Notes under the pieces: model-generated | Databases searched by the model: none | What the model was told of the DNA's origin: nothing | Seen by the model: the letters and a program-made list of their open reading frames with translations, nothing else | DNA from: Alphaproteobacteria bacterium | GTDB lineage: Bacteria; Pseudomonadota; Alphaproteobacteria; GCA-2746255 | Direction: 5' to 3' | NCBI GenBank assembly: GCA_965249135.1 | Contig: OZ252220.1 | Span: 960,001-1,024,000 of the forward strand | Length of the DNA stretch: 64,000 nt | Shown here: positions 43,423 through 53,546 of the stretch, piece after piece | How the letters are laid out: each line of letters starts with the position of its first letter | How positions within the stretch are numbered: the stretch's first letter is position 1 | Made by a program: the position numbers and the translations under genes

Positions 43423-44133
43423 ATGATCGAGCTTTACTTCTGGACCACGCCGAACGGCTACAAGCCGCTTCTCTTCCTCGAAGAAGCCGGGATCGACTAC
43501 GAAATCCGTCCCGTCAACATCTCCAGGGGCGAGCAGTTCGAGCCGGAGTTTCTGAAGATTTCCCCCAACAACCGCATCCCGGCTATCGTCGATCGCGACC
43601 CGGAAGACGGAGGTGCGCCGCTGGCACAGTTCGAATCCGGCGCCATCCTCCAGTACCTGGCTGAGAAGACCGGCAAGTTCATGCCTAAGGATGCACGGGG
43701 CCGGGCCGAAGTCCTGCAATGGCTGAATTGGCAAATGGGGGGCATCGGCCCGATGTTCGGCCAGTATCTTCACTTTGTCGATTATGCGCCCGAAGATCTC
43801 CCTTACGCCATCGAGCACTACACGCGGGAAGCCAAACGGCTTCTGGGTGTGCTCGACAAGAGGCTCGCGGGCCGCGCATACGTGGCCGGCGTGTATTCGA
43901 TCGCCGACATGGCGATCTATCCCTGGGTGCGCCAACGCATCGAGCGCTTCGAGGGCTTCGCCAACGTCGAGCGCTGGGTGCGGACGGTCGCCGGGCGACC
44001 GGCCACCATCCGCGCCTACGAAAAGAGCGCGGCGATCAATACCGTTCCCACCATCACCGAAGAATCGAAGGCGCTGCTGCTCGGTCTGACCGGCGGCAAT
44101 GCCGGCAATACCCGAGACCACAAGGCCGCCTGA
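43423..44133 (+). CDS. Glutathione S-transferase, YfcG/Nu class
   Basis: TPNG-K, ISPNNRIPAIVD, ESGAILQYLAEK, WQMGG-GPM-GQ, YSIADMA-YPW. Confidence 0.92.
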   Translation: MIELYFWTTPNGYKPLLFLEEAGIDYEIRPVNISRGEQFEPEFLKISPNNRIPAIVDRDPEDGGAPLAQFESGAILQYLAEKTGKFMPKDARGRAEVLQWLNWQMGGIGPMFGQYLHFVDYAPEDLPYAIEHYTREAKRLLGVLDKRLAGRAYVAGVYSIADMAIYPWVRQRIERFEGFANVERWVRTVAGRPATIRAYEKSAAINTVPTITEESKALLLGLTGGNAGNTRDHKAA

Positions 44134-44171
44134 TTTCCGGCGGCCCTTAACCCCCTTTTTGGAGCACGAAC

Positions 44172-44924
44172 GTGTCAAACCAGAATGAAACCGTACTCAT
44201 CACCGGCACTTCGACCGGCATCGGATTTGCCGTCGCCCGCGCCTTCCTGGACCGGGGCTCGAACCTGGTCCTCAACTCCAGGGACCCCGGGAGGCTTGAA
44301 GCCGCTTACGAGTCCCTGGGACGGCCGGACAACGCCGTGCTCGTCGCCGGCGACGTCAGCGACAAGGCGGTCGGACAACGGATGGTCGACGCCGCGCTCG
44401 AGAAATTCGGCCGCGTCGATGTGCTGGTCAACAACGCCGGCGTTTTCGCGACCATGCCTTTTCTGGAGGTTGAGGAATCCGATCTTGACCGCTTCCTCTC
44501 GATCAACTTCAAGGGCACCTACTTCACCAGCCAGGCGGCCATTGCCGCCATGCAGGCGCAAGGCGGCGGCGCCGTCATCAACGTCGGCTCGGTGTTGGTG
44601 AACCACGCCATCGGCGGCGTCCCCGCCACGGCGCCGATTTCCGTCAAGGGCGCCATCCACGCGCTCACGGTCCAATTGGCGGCCGAGTTCGCCAAGGACA
44701 ACATCCGCGTCAACACCGTGGCGCCGGGCATCGTCCGGACGCCGATGCACCAGAGAAACGGCGTTGAGAACGCCGATGTACTGGCCGGATTGCATCTTCT
44801 TGACCGGGTCGGCGAAGCCGGGGAAGTGGCTGACGTCATTCTCCATCTCGCCGCGGCCAAATTCACCACCGGCGCCATCTACCCGCTGGATGGCGGGCAC
44901 ACTGCCGGCCACCACTTCGGCTAA
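44172..44924 (+). CDS. SDR family oxidoreductase (atypical PxxxK in place of YxxxK)
   Basis: TGTSTGIG, DVLVNNAG, APISVKG, NIRVN-VAPG, DGG. Confidence 0.9.
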   Translation: MSNQNETVLITGTSTGIGFAVARAFLDRGSNLVLNSRDPGRLEAAYESLGRPDNAVLVAGDVSDKAVGQRMVDAALEKFGRVDVLVNNAGVFATMPFLEVEESDLDRFLSINFKGTYFTSQAAIAAMQAQGGGAVINVGSVLVNHAIGGVPATAPISVKGAIHALTVQLAAEFAKDNIRVNTVAPGIVRTPMHQRNGVENADVLAGLHLLDRVGEAGEVADVILHLAAAKFTTGAIYPLDGGHTAGHHFG

Positions 44925-44953
44925 CCACAAACGCCAAATATAGGAGAACCACG

Positions 44954-45502
44954 ATGACCACATTCCCCGTACATTCGAGCGAAACCGCCCCCGAGGCCTC
45001 AAAGCCAATTCTGGCTGCGGCCCAGAAAAAATTCGGCTTCGTACCCAACCTCATCCGCGTCTTCGCCGAGGCTCCCGCCGCCGCCGAGGCCTACATGGCA
45101 ATCATGGATATTTTCGAAAGCTCTTCGCTTTCCGATGCCGAAAAACAGACGGTTTTGCTCTCTGTGAGCTTTGTCAACGCATGCGATTACTGCATGGCGG
45201 CTCACTCTACGGTCGCCAGCATGAAGAGCGTTCCGGCGGAAATCGTCGAAGCCTTACGCTCGGGCACGACGCTTCCCGATCCCAAGCTCGATGCCCTGGC
45301 GGTGTTGACACGGTCCGTCGTCGAGACCCGCGGCCGGCCCACCGAGGCGGCCAAAGAGGCCTTCTTCGCGGCCGGCTACGGCACGGCTGAGTATCTGGAG
45401 GTGATCGTCGGTGTCACCGTGAAGACCCTTTCGAACTACGTGAACCACGCGGCCGACACCCCCCTCGACACCGCGTTCGAAGCAGCCAAGTGGGCCGCGT
45501 AA
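44954..45502 (+). CDS. Carboxymuconolactone decarboxylase/AhpD family protein
   Basis: FGFVPNL, N-CDYCMAAH, KTLSNY-NH. Confidence 0.88.
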   Translation: MTTFPVHSSETAPEASKPILAAAQKKFGFVPNLIRVFAEAPAAAEAYMAIMDIFESSSLSDAEKQTVLLSVSFVNACDYCMAAHSTVASMKSVPAEIVEALRSGTTLPDPKLDALAVLTRSVVETRGRPTEAAKEAFFAAGYGTAEYLEVIVGVTVKTLSNYVNHAADTPLDTAFEAAKWAA

Positions 45503-45529
45503 CGCTCCCCCTGACCTCCCCGAACTTGG

Positions 45530-45554
45530 CCCCCGGCATCTCCGGGGGTTTTTT
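45530..45554 (+). terminator. Intrinsic terminator
   Basis: cccccgg-catct-ccggggg followed by T6. Confidence 0.75.
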
Positions 45555-45720
45555 ATTTGTTTAAAACCGGCTGAACCTCTTAAGGACTTCCAGTTGGCCG
45601 GTTGGCGCATAGGCAAAATCGTCGTTCCGCCCGATTGGGAAGATTCCGCAACGAGTCCCCTTCGGGCCAGGAGCGGAAGTGCCTATGACCCGGGCCAAGT
45701 GCGTTTAAAAGCCCGTATTC

Positions 45721-47007
45721 CTAGTGTTTGAGCCGCTCGATCTCGGCGCCGCAGGCGGCGAGCTTCTCTTCCAAGCGCTCATAGCCCCGGTCCAGGTGGT
45801 AGACCCGGTGGACGACCGTCTCGCCCGCCGCCACGAGGCCGGCCAGCACCAGCGAGACCGAGGCCCGAAGATCCGTCGCCATCACCTCGGCACCGACCAG
45901 GCCGGGAACGCCGCGCACCACGGCCTGGGCCCCGTGGACCGTGATGTCGGCCCCCATCCGGCTCAGTTCCGGAACGTGCATGAAGCGATTCTCGAAGATC
46001 GTCTCGGTGATCGTCGAGGCGCGCTTTGCCGTCGCCATGAGGGCCATCAACTGAGCCTGCATGTCGGTCGGGAAACCCGGGAAGGGTTCCGTCGTCGCAT
46101 CGACCCCGGTCAAGGCCGCGTCCTTGCGATGGACGCGCAGGCCATCCGGCATTTCTTCCAGGGTGACGCCCGCCGCCGTCAGGATTTCGGCCAACGCGCC
46201 GACCAGATCGAGGCGGGCTGCTTCCAGGACAAGATCGCCGCCGGTGATCGCCGCCGCCATCGCGTAGGTGCCGGTCTCGATGCGGTCCGGGATCACCGTG
46301 TGGTGTGCGCCATGCAGGCGCGCAACACCTTGGATGCGGATGGTGTCCGTGCCCGCGCCTTCGATCTTCGCACCCATCGCAGTCAAGCAGACGGCGAGAT
46401 CGACGACCTCGGGCTCGCGCGCCGCATTGACAAGTTCCGTCTCGCCGCGGGCAAGGGCGGCCGCCATCAAAAGGCTCTCCGTGGCACCGACGGAGACGAA
46501 GGGAAAGACGACGCGGCCGCCGCGAAGCCGCGCCTTGGCGGTGGCGTGAATGTAGCCGTTGCTGAGCTCGATCTCGGCGCCCAGCTGTTGCAGCCCCTTT
46601 AAGTGCAAGTCGATCGGCCGCGTCCCGATGGCGCAACCGCCGGGCAGCGAGACTTCCGCCTTTCCCTCGCGGGCAAGGAGCGCGCCCAGCACCAGGACCG
46701 AGGCACGCATCCGGCGGACCAGCTCGTAAGGCGCCGTCGTGTTGGTCACCTCTTTCGCCTGCAGCGACAGCACGCGGCCGACATGGCCCTCGTTCGCCTC
46801 GTCGCCGACCATGTGGATGGCCACCCCGTGCCGGCCCAGCAAGTTGGCAAGCGTCGAGATGTCCGCCAGGTGCGGCAGATTCGATAGCGTCAATTCCTCG
46901 TCCGTGAGCAGCGAGGCGGCCATCAGCGGCAGTGCCGCATTCTTCGCGCCGCCGATGGGAATCCGGCCCATAAGCCGGTTGCCGCCCCGGATTCGAATGC
47001 GATCCAT
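45721..47007 (-). CDS. murA: UDP-N-acetylglucosamine 1-carboxyvinyltransferase
   Basis: [59 protein letters not shown]. Confidence 0.97.
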   Translation of the reverse strand: MDRIRIRGGNRLMGRIPIGGAKNAALPLMAASLLTDEELTLSNLPHLADISTLANLLGRHGVAIHMVGDEANEGHVGRVLSLQAKEVTNTTAPYELVRRMRASVLVLGALLAREGKAEVSLPGGCAIGTRPIDLHLKGLQQLGAEIELSNGYIHATAKARLRGGRVVFPFVSVGATESLLMAAALARGETELVNAAREPEVVDLAVCLTAMGAKIEGAGTDTIRIQGVARLHGAHHTVIPDRIETGTYAMAAAITGGDLVLEAARLDLVGALAEILTAAGVTLEEMPDGLRVHRKDAALTGVDATTEPFPGFPTDMQAQLMALMATAKRASTITETIFENRFMHVPELSRMGADITVHGAQAVVRGVPGLVGAEVMATDLRASVSLVLAGLVAAGETVVHRVYHLDRGYERLEEKLAACGAEIERLKH

Positions 47008-47035
47008 GTCTTCCTTTGCGTCCGCAAGGACGCCT

Positions 47036-47083
47036 CTGATTGAAGCCGGGCCTGATTGAGGCCGGGCCTGATTGAAGCCGGGG
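47036..47083. repeat. 3 x 16-bp tandem repeat ctgattga(a/g)gccgggc
   Basis: Read directly in the dcd-murA spacer. Confidence 0.85.
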
Positions 47084-47130
47084 AGGAGGAATAGGCCGAA
47101 CGCGGGCGTGAGGCAAGCGAGGCTCACGCC

Positions 47131-47685
47131 TTAGAGTTTCGGCAGCGTCACGCCCTTCTGGCCCATGTACTTGCCCGCCCGGTCCTTATAAGAGGTCTCG
47201 CACGGCCCCTCGCCCTTCAGGAACAGGAACTGGCAGGCCCCTTCATTCGCATAGACCTTGGCCGGAAGCGGCGTCGTGTTCGAGAATTCGAGCGTCACGT
47301 GGCCTTCCCATTCCGGCTCGAGCGGGGTCACGTTGACGATGATGCCGCACCGCGCATAGGTCGATTTGCCAAGGCAGATCACCAGCACGTCCCGCGGAAT
47401 ACGGAAATATTCGACCGTTCGCGCCAGCACGAAACTGTTCGGCGGAATGATGCAGACGGGGCCTTGGCGATCCACGAAGCTTTGGGGAGAAAAGGCTTTC
47501 GGGTCGACGACGGCCGAATCGACGTTCGTGAAGACCTTGAATTCGTCCGAGACGCGCGCGTCGTAGCCGTAAGAGGAAAGGCCGAAGGAGATGACGCCCT
47601 CGCGCTTCTGGGATTCGACGAAGGGCTCGATCATGGTTTGGGTCTGCGCCATCTCGCGGATCCAACTGTCCGGCATGATCCCCAT
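47131..47685 (-). CDS. dcd: dCTP deaminase
   Basis: [38 protein letters not shown]. Confidence 0.96.
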   Translation of the reverse strand: MGIMPDSWIREMAQTQTMIEPFVESQKREGVISFGLSSYGYDARVSDEFKVFTNVDSAVVDPKAFSPQSFVDRQGPVCIIPPNSFVLARTVEYFRIPRDVLVICLGKSTYARCGIIVNVTPLEPEWEGHVTLEFSNTTPLPAKVYANEGACQFLFLKGEGPCETSYKDRAGKYMGQKGVTLPKL

Positions 47686-47846
47686 CAACTGGGGCCCCGG
47701 CCACGGCGCACCTGGATCTGCGATTTGCGCTTGCCCAAATTCTCACGCAGCGCCGCGCCGCGCCGCGCGTCGCGGTCTTTTCCCTTGGGTCCCTTGGGCG
47801 AAAGGCGCTTTCCTTTTTTCCCTCTTTGGGCCGGCCCATCCGTCAT
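47685..47846 (-). CDS. Small basic hypothetical protein
   Basis: AALRENL-KRK-Q motif recalled from small alphaproteobacterial proteins upstream of dcd/murA. Confidence 0.5.
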   Translation of the reverse strand: MTDGPAQRGKKGKRLSPKGPKGKDRDARRGAALRENLGKRKSQIQVRRGRGPS

Positions 47847-48187
47847 GTTCGGTTTCCTTCCTTTAAAAGCGAAGTCGCAGAGGATGCGTCCACGCCTGCG
47901 ACCCGTCAAGGCGGCGGGTGCTTCGCCTTAACCTTATCCGCAGATTCCGTTGCCAGGGAGGCCGGTTCCTGTGTAGAGTCGCCGAAACAAGGATAAGCCA
48001 TTCTAAATAAGAATAATTTTCACTTTCAAAGGGGCAAAGGAAAGGGGCAAAGGGGAGGCGCCCGCATTGCATTTTTCCAAAAATTGCCCATCTCTTGGGA
48101 AGGGTTGGTATCCTCGCGGAGTTGAGGATTTCTTCGGGGGTTTTCGCCTGAAACGCCGCCCTCGATACGTCAAGGAGTAGAAGGAAG

Positions 48188-49693
48188 ATGGCCGAACTCG
48201 AACGGACGGATTGGTACGACATCGCGCGGACGACGACCTGGACGCCGAAATACGTCGAACAGGACGAGCTGTTCCCGCTGGAGATGAGCGATCCTTGCCA
48301 GATGCCCCAGGAGGTCTGGGACACCTATGACGAGCCCTACAAGACGACCTATCGGGACTACGTCCGGGTGCAGCGGGACAAGGACGTCGGCGTCTATTCC
48401 GTGCGCGCCGCCCTTGGCCGCTCCCACTTCATCGACAAGGCGCCGCGGGGCTGGCTTTCCATCCTCAAATCCCACTACGGCATCATCGGTTCCGTCGAGT
48501 TCACGGCGGCCATCTACAACTGCCGCGCCGCCCGTTTCGGCCGAGCCGGCGGCATGCGGAACACCGGCACCTTCGGCATCCTCGATGAGATCCGTCACGG
48601 CCAGCTCGAATTCATCTTCCCGCACGAATATTTGAAGAAGGACCGCCAGTGGGACTGGGCGGTGAAGACCTATCACACGAACAACTGGACGGCCATTGCC
48701 GGCCGTCACTTCGTCGAGGACGTGATGGTCACCCGCGACATCCTTTGCTCGACGCTCACCAACGGGTTCTGTCTGGAAACCGGTTACACGAACGTGCAGT
48801 TCATCAGCCTCGCCGCGGACGCTGCCAAGATGGGTGACTACACGTTCTCGAACGTCGTCACCAGCATCCAGACGGACGAGGCACGCCATGCACAGATCGG
48901 CGCGCCGAACCTCCGCTTCATGGTCGACAACGGCCACAAGGACACCGCCCAGCACGTGCTGGACCTTGCCTTCTGGCGCTCGTGGAAACTGTTTTTGACG
49001 CTGACCGGACCGGCGATCGACTACTACACGCCGATCGAGAAGCGCGAGAAGTCCTTCAAGGAGTTCATGGAGGAGTGGATCATCACCCAGTACGAGCGCC
49101 AGATCGCCGACATGGGAATCGATCAGCCCTGGTATTGGGACATCTTCCTGGACGAGCTGAACTATGCCCATCATGGGCTGCACATGGGTCTTTGGCGCTA
49201 TCGCCCGACGCTGTTCTGGGACCCGAAGGCGGGCGTGACGCCGCCGGAGCGCGAGTGGCTGGAGGGGAAATACCCGGGCTGGAACGACACCTTCGGCAAG
49301 TCGTGGGATGTCGTCATCGAAAATCTGCTGAACGGTCAGGTCGAAAAGACGCTGCCGGAAACGCTGCCAATGCTTTGCAACCTCTGCCAGTTGCCGCTCG
49401 TCGCGCCGCCGAACTTGAAAACCAAAACCTTCAAGCTGCACGATTATACCCATGAGCATAACGGCCGACTCTACCACTTCTGCTCGGAGCCCTGTAAGTG
49501 GATCTTCGAGACGGAGCCGGAGCGCTATCAAGACCACAAGTCGATCATCGACCGCTTCCTGGCCGGCGAGATCCAGCCGATGACGATACCGGGGGTGCTT
49601 GCCTATATGGGGGTTGCCCCGGGCGAGATGGGCGACGACGCGGACAAATACACCTGGGTTGACGCCTGCCGCGACGTGCAGGCGGCCCAATAA
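48188..49693 (+). CDS. Soluble diiron monooxygenase hydroxylase alpha subunit (TmoA/TouA-like)
   Basis: DWYD-ART--WTP-Y, WD-YDEPYK, DEIRH, ETG-TN-QF, DEARH, W-P-AGV, YHFCSE-C-W-F YHS region. Confidence 0.93.
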   Translation: MAELERTDWYDIARTTTWTPKYVEQDELFPLEMSDPCQMPQEVWDTYDEPYKTTYRDYVRVQRDKDVGVYSVRAALGRSHFIDKAPRGWLSILKSHYGIIGSVEFTAAIYNCRAARFGRAGGMRNTGTFGILDEIRHGQLEFIFPHEYLKKDRQWDWAVKTYHTNNWTAIAGRHFVEDVMVTRDILCSTLTNGFCLETGYTNVQFISLAADAAKMGDYTFSNVVTSIQTDEARHAQIGAPNLRFMVDNGHKDTAQHVLDLAFWRSWKLFLTLTGPAIDYYTPIEKREKSFKEFMEEWIITQYERQIADMGIDQPWYWDIFLDELNYAHHGLHMGLWRYRPTLFWDPKAGVTPPEREWLEGKYPGWNDTFGKSWDVVIENLLNGQVEKTLPETLPMLCNLCQLPLVAPPNLKTKTFKLHDYTHEHNGRLYHFCSEPCKWIFETEPERYQDHKSIIDRFLAGEIQPMTIPGVLAYMGVAPGEMGDDADKYTWVDACRDVQAAQ

Positions 49694-49774
49694 ACAAAGC
49701 GGCAAGGGCCGGACAGGCAACTGTCCGGTCCTTGGTCGTTAAGAAGAAGAAATATTGAGGGGGGAATTCCGATC

Positions 49775-50029
49775 ATGGCGCTGTTTCCACTTGTTTCGAG
49801 CTTCGAGGGCGAAGTGCTGATTTACCTGCTCGCCGTCGATACGGAGAACACGATGGACGAGGTGGCGGCCGCCGCCGCCGTTCATTCCGCCGGCAGGTGG
49901 GTTCCTGCTCGGGAGAAGCCGCTTCGCGTACGCGTTCAAGACGAGAAGGAGCCGCTGGCCCGCGATCTGAAGGTGAAGGATTCGGGCCTCGCGCCAATGA
50001 CCCCCGTCCAAATCTATTACGAAGACTAG
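49775..50029 (+). CDS. Hydroxylase gamma subunit (TmoB-like)
   Basis: FP--S-FE, VDTE-TMD-VA, HS--R; position in operon. Confidence 0.88.
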   Translation: MALFPLVSSFEGEVLIYLLAVDTENTMDEVAAAAAVHSAGRWVPAREKPLRVRVQDEKEPLARDLKVKDSGLAPMTPVQIYYED

Positions 50030-50051
50030 CCTTAAAGAGAAGAAGCAGCGC

Positions 50052-50429
50052 ATGGCGTTTACGAAAATCTGCTCGCTCGACGACCTCTGGGAAGGCGACA
50101 TGGAGATGCGGCCCCTGGGCAAGGTGCCGGTCCTGTTGCTCTATCCGGAAGGCGGCGAGATCCGGGCCTTTCAGGGCATCTGCCCCCATCAGCAGGTGCC
50201 GCTTTGGGAAGGGACCTTCGAAGGCGGCGTGCTCACCTGCAAGGCCCACGAATGGAGTTTCGATGGCAACACCGGCGTGGGGATCAACCCCGGCGGTTGC
50301 ACGCTTGCCCAATACAAGGTGAAGGTCGAAGGTGAGGACGTGTATGTGGACGTGGAGGGGGTCGAGCCCGTCTATGCCGCGGCGACCGGCGAAGCCGTTT
50401 CGACCGATAAAAAGGAGAACGCAGGATGA
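50052..50429 (+). CDS. Rieske ferredoxin (TmoC-like)
   Basis: CPHQ...C-AH-W-F, GINP. Confidence 0.92.
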   Translation: MAFTKICSLDDLWEGDMEMRPLGKVPVLLLYPEGGEIRAFQGICPHQQVPLWEGTFEGGVLTCKAHEWSFDGNTGVGINPGGCTLAQYKVKVEGEDVYVDVEGVEPVYAAATGEAVSTDKKENAG

Positions 50430-50719
50430 GTGCGATGAGTAACAAGGTCGGCCCGGTCCTGATGACGGGAGAGATTGCCGACGCCGCGATCGAGGCGCTC
50501 GACGAGGACAACCCCGGCAAGGAATTCAACATCCAGGACCACGAAGCCTATATCCGCGTCGAGACGGACGACGATTGCATCATCCGCCGCGAGACGATGG
50601 AGAATATCCTGGGCCGTCCCTTCATCATGCAGGAGCTCGAGATGGTCTTGAGCACCTTTGCCGGCCGCATCGATCTTTCGTCGGAGCACGCACGGTTCTA
50701 TTTCGAAAAGAAAATCTAA
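50426..50719 (+). CDS. Effector/coupling protein (TmoD-like, MmoB/DmpM family)
   Basis: VGPV, DNPGK, AY-R, LGRPF-MQELE--L--FAGRI. Confidence 0.92.
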   Translation: MSAMSNKVGPVLMTGEIADAAIEALDEDNPGKEFNIQDHEAYIRVETDDDCIIRRETMENILGRPFIMQELEMVLSTFAGRIDLSSEHARFYFEKKI

Positions 50720-50757
50720 GGCCACTTTTAAGGCCTTACGTCACGGAGGAAGCAGCG

Positions 50758-51792
50758 ATGAGCGAGGAAGCGCCGGAAGTCCTAAAGCCCTTGAAGACCT
50801 TCAGCCATCTGGCGAAGGCGCGGCGGCGGCCGAGCGAATACGAGATCACGACGACGAAGGCCTATTGGCTGATGGATTCCCTGTCGCCCGGCAACGACTT
50901 CGATGGCGAACGCCAGACCGACCAGCCCTTCGAGATCTCGTCCGAGATTCCGATGGCGAAGTGGTACCACAAGTACCGCGACGGCTCAGCCCTGCAATAC
51001 GAGAACTGGGAGGCCTTCCGCGACCCCGACGAGGTTATCTACCGCACCTATTGCCGGATGCAGGACGGCCAGGAGACCTATGTCGACGGCATCCTGGACG
51101 AGTTCAGCAAAACCGAGCACGACGCGGATCTGGACGCGAGTTGGGTGAAGGTGCTGGCGAGTTTGTACACGCCGGCCCGCTTCCCGCTGACCGCGCTGCA
51201 GATGGGGGCCGCCTACATCGCCCAGATCGCCGGTTCCAGTACCATTGCCAACTGCGCGATGTTCCAGACCGGCGATCAGTTCCGCTGGGTCTCGCGGGTT
51301 GCCTACCGGACGGCCGAGCTTGCCAAGACGCATGCAGACGCCGGCTTCAACCAGGACGAACGCAAGCACTGGGAAGAGGACGCCGCCTGGCAGGGCTTCC
51401 GCGAGCTTCTCGAGAAGGCGCTTATCGCCTACGACATGGGCGAGAGTTTCGTCGCCCTCAACCTGGTGGCGAAACCGGCCTTCGACGAGGCGTTCTTCCG
51501 CCAGTTCGGGGCCTCGGCCAGGCGCAACAACGACATGCTCGTCCACTTCCTGGCCGACGCGGCGTTACGGGATGCGGAGCGCAGCCGGCGGTGGTCGACT
51601 TCGTTTGTCGAGCTGGCGCTCAACAACAAGGCAAACCAGAAGGTGTTCGAGGATTGGATCGCGAAATGGGTGCCGCTGGCCGACCAGGCGATCGATGCCT
51701 TCTGTGCAGCACTGCCGGATCTGCCGGATGGCGCAAAAGAGGCGAAGAAGGCGACGAAGGCGTTCCGCGCCGGCCTCGGTTTCTCCGCCTGA
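50758..51792 (+). CDS. Hydroxylase beta subunit (TmoE-like)
   Basis: LKPLKT-SHLA--RRRPSEYE, W-AFRDPD---YR-Y--QD-QE-YV, WQGFREL-EK-L-A-D. Confidence 0.92.
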   Translation: MSEEAPEVLKPLKTFSHLAKARRRPSEYEITTTKAYWLMDSLSPGNDFDGERQTDQPFEISSEIPMAKWYHKYRDGSALQYENWEAFRDPDEVIYRTYCRMQDGQETYVDGILDEFSKTEHDADLDASWVKVLASLYTPARFPLTALQMGAAYIAQIAGSSTIANCAMFQTGDQFRWVSRVAYRTAELAKTHADAGFNQDERKHWEEDAAWQGFRELLEKALIAYDMGESFVALNLVAKPAFDEAFFRQFGASARRNNDMLVHFLADAALRDAERSRRWSTSFVELALNNKANQKVFEDWIAKWVPLADQAIDAFCAALPDLPDGAKEAKKATKAFRAGLGFSA

Positions 51793-51817
51793 CGGCGTTT
51801 CGATGTCCAAAAATCAG

Positions 51818-51848
51818 AAAGGCTCCCGCGACCCGGGAGCCTTTTTTT
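51818..51848 (+). terminator. Intrinsic terminator closing the monooxygenase operon
   Basis: aaaggctcccg-cgacc-cgggagccttt plus T tract. Confidence 0.82.
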
Positions 51849-51883
51849 ATTAACGTCTCTGTGGCATCTTCGCACGCCTCAAG

Positions 51884-51958
51884 GCCGCCGTAGCTCAGTG
51901 GTAGAGCGCACCCTTGGTAAGGGTGAGGTCGAGTGTTCGATCCACTCCGGCGGCACCA
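51884..51958 (+). tRNA. tRNA-Thr(GGT)
   Basis: GCCGCCGTAGCTCAGTGGTAGAGCGCACCCTTGGTAAGGGTGAGGTCGAGTGTTCGATCCACTCCGGCGGCACCA. Confidence 0.97.
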
Positions 51959-52294
51959 CGAAACCCCTTGAAAATAAAGACTTGTAAAAATGTAGCGTCA
52001 AAACTAGTTACAGTTATTGACGGAACTTTACGAGAACTAACGTGCAATTACGATAAAATACGTGCAAAATCCGCGCACGCCGTTCTTGATGTGTTCCCTA
52101 GGGAGGTTTCTTATGACAGCGAAAGACACATCATATCTGGAATTGCTGGAAGGGTTGGATCCACCGCACTAAGCGCGGCCTACTCAATGCCTGGTATCAT
52201 CATCAAGAACGGCAAGCCAATTCTGGCTTAAGGGAGTCAAGTATATAATTCCCCAAGCAAACACCAGTGGCCGTCATCGCCACATTTTATCCAT

Positions 52295-52654
52295 TTAACT
52301 GTCAGCATCATTCGATTCCTTCATTCCCGTAGTTGACGGCTGCCCCTTCTCGCCGTCCCGATAGACAAGCTCAAAGCTGTTTTCCAGAATACCGAGCCAG
52401 AGCTCGCGTTCGGACTTCGGCCATGTGTCGCCGGACTTGGGGAGCCGATTAATAATCCCCCGAATAATGAGGTCTAAACTGAGCTCATTGCCATCCCTGT
52501 CGCTCGCATCCGCACCATTGCTAACGTAGCTGGGCACATAGGAGTCGTACCCAGGTATAGTCAGTTGGCGACCTGAAGTTGTGTCACCACTTTGGATGCC
52601 CTTCGGGAATGTTTCAAGCTCTTCCACAGACGCGCCGGTTTTCCGAGCAGCCAT
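52295..52654 (-). CDS. Hypothetical protein
   Basis: GGAGGG RBS; C-terminal I-G-I-RLP--G--W---ER--W----E--F-LVY pattern; may be a fragment. Confidence 0.5.
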   Translation of the reverse strand: MAARKTGASVEELETFPKGIQSGDTTSGRQLTIPGYDSYVPSYVSNGADASDRDGNELSLDLIIRGIINRLPKSGDTWPKSERELWLGILENSFELVYRDGEKGQPSTTGMKESNDADS

Positions 52655-52755
52655 TGGTCCCTCCCTAGCTTCCGTTTCTCGTTTTCGGCGAGTGTTCCAT
52701 ATAACAAGACTTTCCTGTTAACTTTTCGTTAATTAGGGGTATGGGTAGTGCCCCC

Positions 52756-52866
52756 TGCATCTGCAACAGAAAAGGTGTCATTTAAGTCACGATTTCGCCA
52801 CATCTCTGGCAGTTTAGCGGTGGCTCTTTCCCGGCGCTTTCTTGCTCATGATCCGTCCTCTTGTAA
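52756..52866 (+). repeat. 111-bp direct repeat, copy 1 (copy 2 at 54138-54248)
   Basis: tgcatctgcaacag...tcctcttgtaa, two mismatches between copies. Confidence 0.9.
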
Positions 52867-52982
52867 TGTGACTCTGCTGTAAAGGAACGGCCCAGTAATG
52901 CCAACGCCAAAATGCGGTATTAGGTAGCAAACGCACCTAAAATCCCCTCAAATCTTCTCGTGGGATTTCATATGCTTAGGGC

Positions 52983-53417
52983 ATGGCCGAGCCGCACGTT
53001 GCCACCGCCCTGATCCGCAAGCGCGGGGAGATCGCCGGGCAAATCGAACACGCTCAAACGGTCCTCCGGCAACTCATCATCGACTTGGACAACCTAGACG
53101 CCACGTTGCGCCTATTCGTCCCTGACATCGAATTGGAGGACATCAAGCCAAGGCCCTTCCCGCCTCGTCACGCGGCCTTCAAGGGTGAGGTAACGCGGAT
53201 CGTGTTTGAAACCCTCAGGCAGGCCAATGAGCCGATGATGGCCCAGCAAATCGCTCAACGGGTCATGGCCGAGAGGGGGCTGAATGCTGCCGATAAACGG
53301 CTGGTTAGGCTGATTGGGAAGCGGGCCGGGGCCTGTCTAAGGCATTGGCGTAATAAGGGACTGCTCAAGTCGAATGCGGGCGTCGGACGGCGTATCGTTT
53401 GGGAGATTGCGGGTTAG
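52983..53417 (+). CDS. Hypothetical protein, possible winged-helix DNA-binding C-terminus
   Basis: ALIRKR-EIAG-I...LDATLRLF-PD pattern; family recalled from alphaproteobacterial mobile DNA. Confidence 0.6.
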   Translation: MAEPHVATALIRKRGEIAGQIEHAQTVLRQLIIDLDNLDATLRLFVPDIELEDIKPRPFPPRHAAFKGEVTRIVFETLRQANEPMMAQQIAQRVMAERGLNAADKRLVRLIGKRAGACLRHWRNKGLLKSNAGVGRRIVWEIAG

Positions 53418-53546
53418 TCGCTTTCCTTTTTCACCACTGACAGATTTGCCTTGTTGTCCTCTATGCGCTTCTTTCGGGCTGCCTCGTATCGCTTGCGAAC
53501 CTCCGGTTCGTCATCAAGACATCTGGCGATGTATTCTTCAACCGCC

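Larger units (their letters stand above)
42325..45693. mobile_element. 3.4-kb four-gene insertion between 13-bp direct repeats gcctatgacccgg
   Basis: Repeats at 42325-42337 and 45681-45693; separates murA from hisG; no recombinase inside. Confidence 0.55.

Noticed and set aside
47036-47083. 16-bp x3 repeat as iterons or operator
   Set aside because: No replication or regulator gene nearby; likely local slippage.
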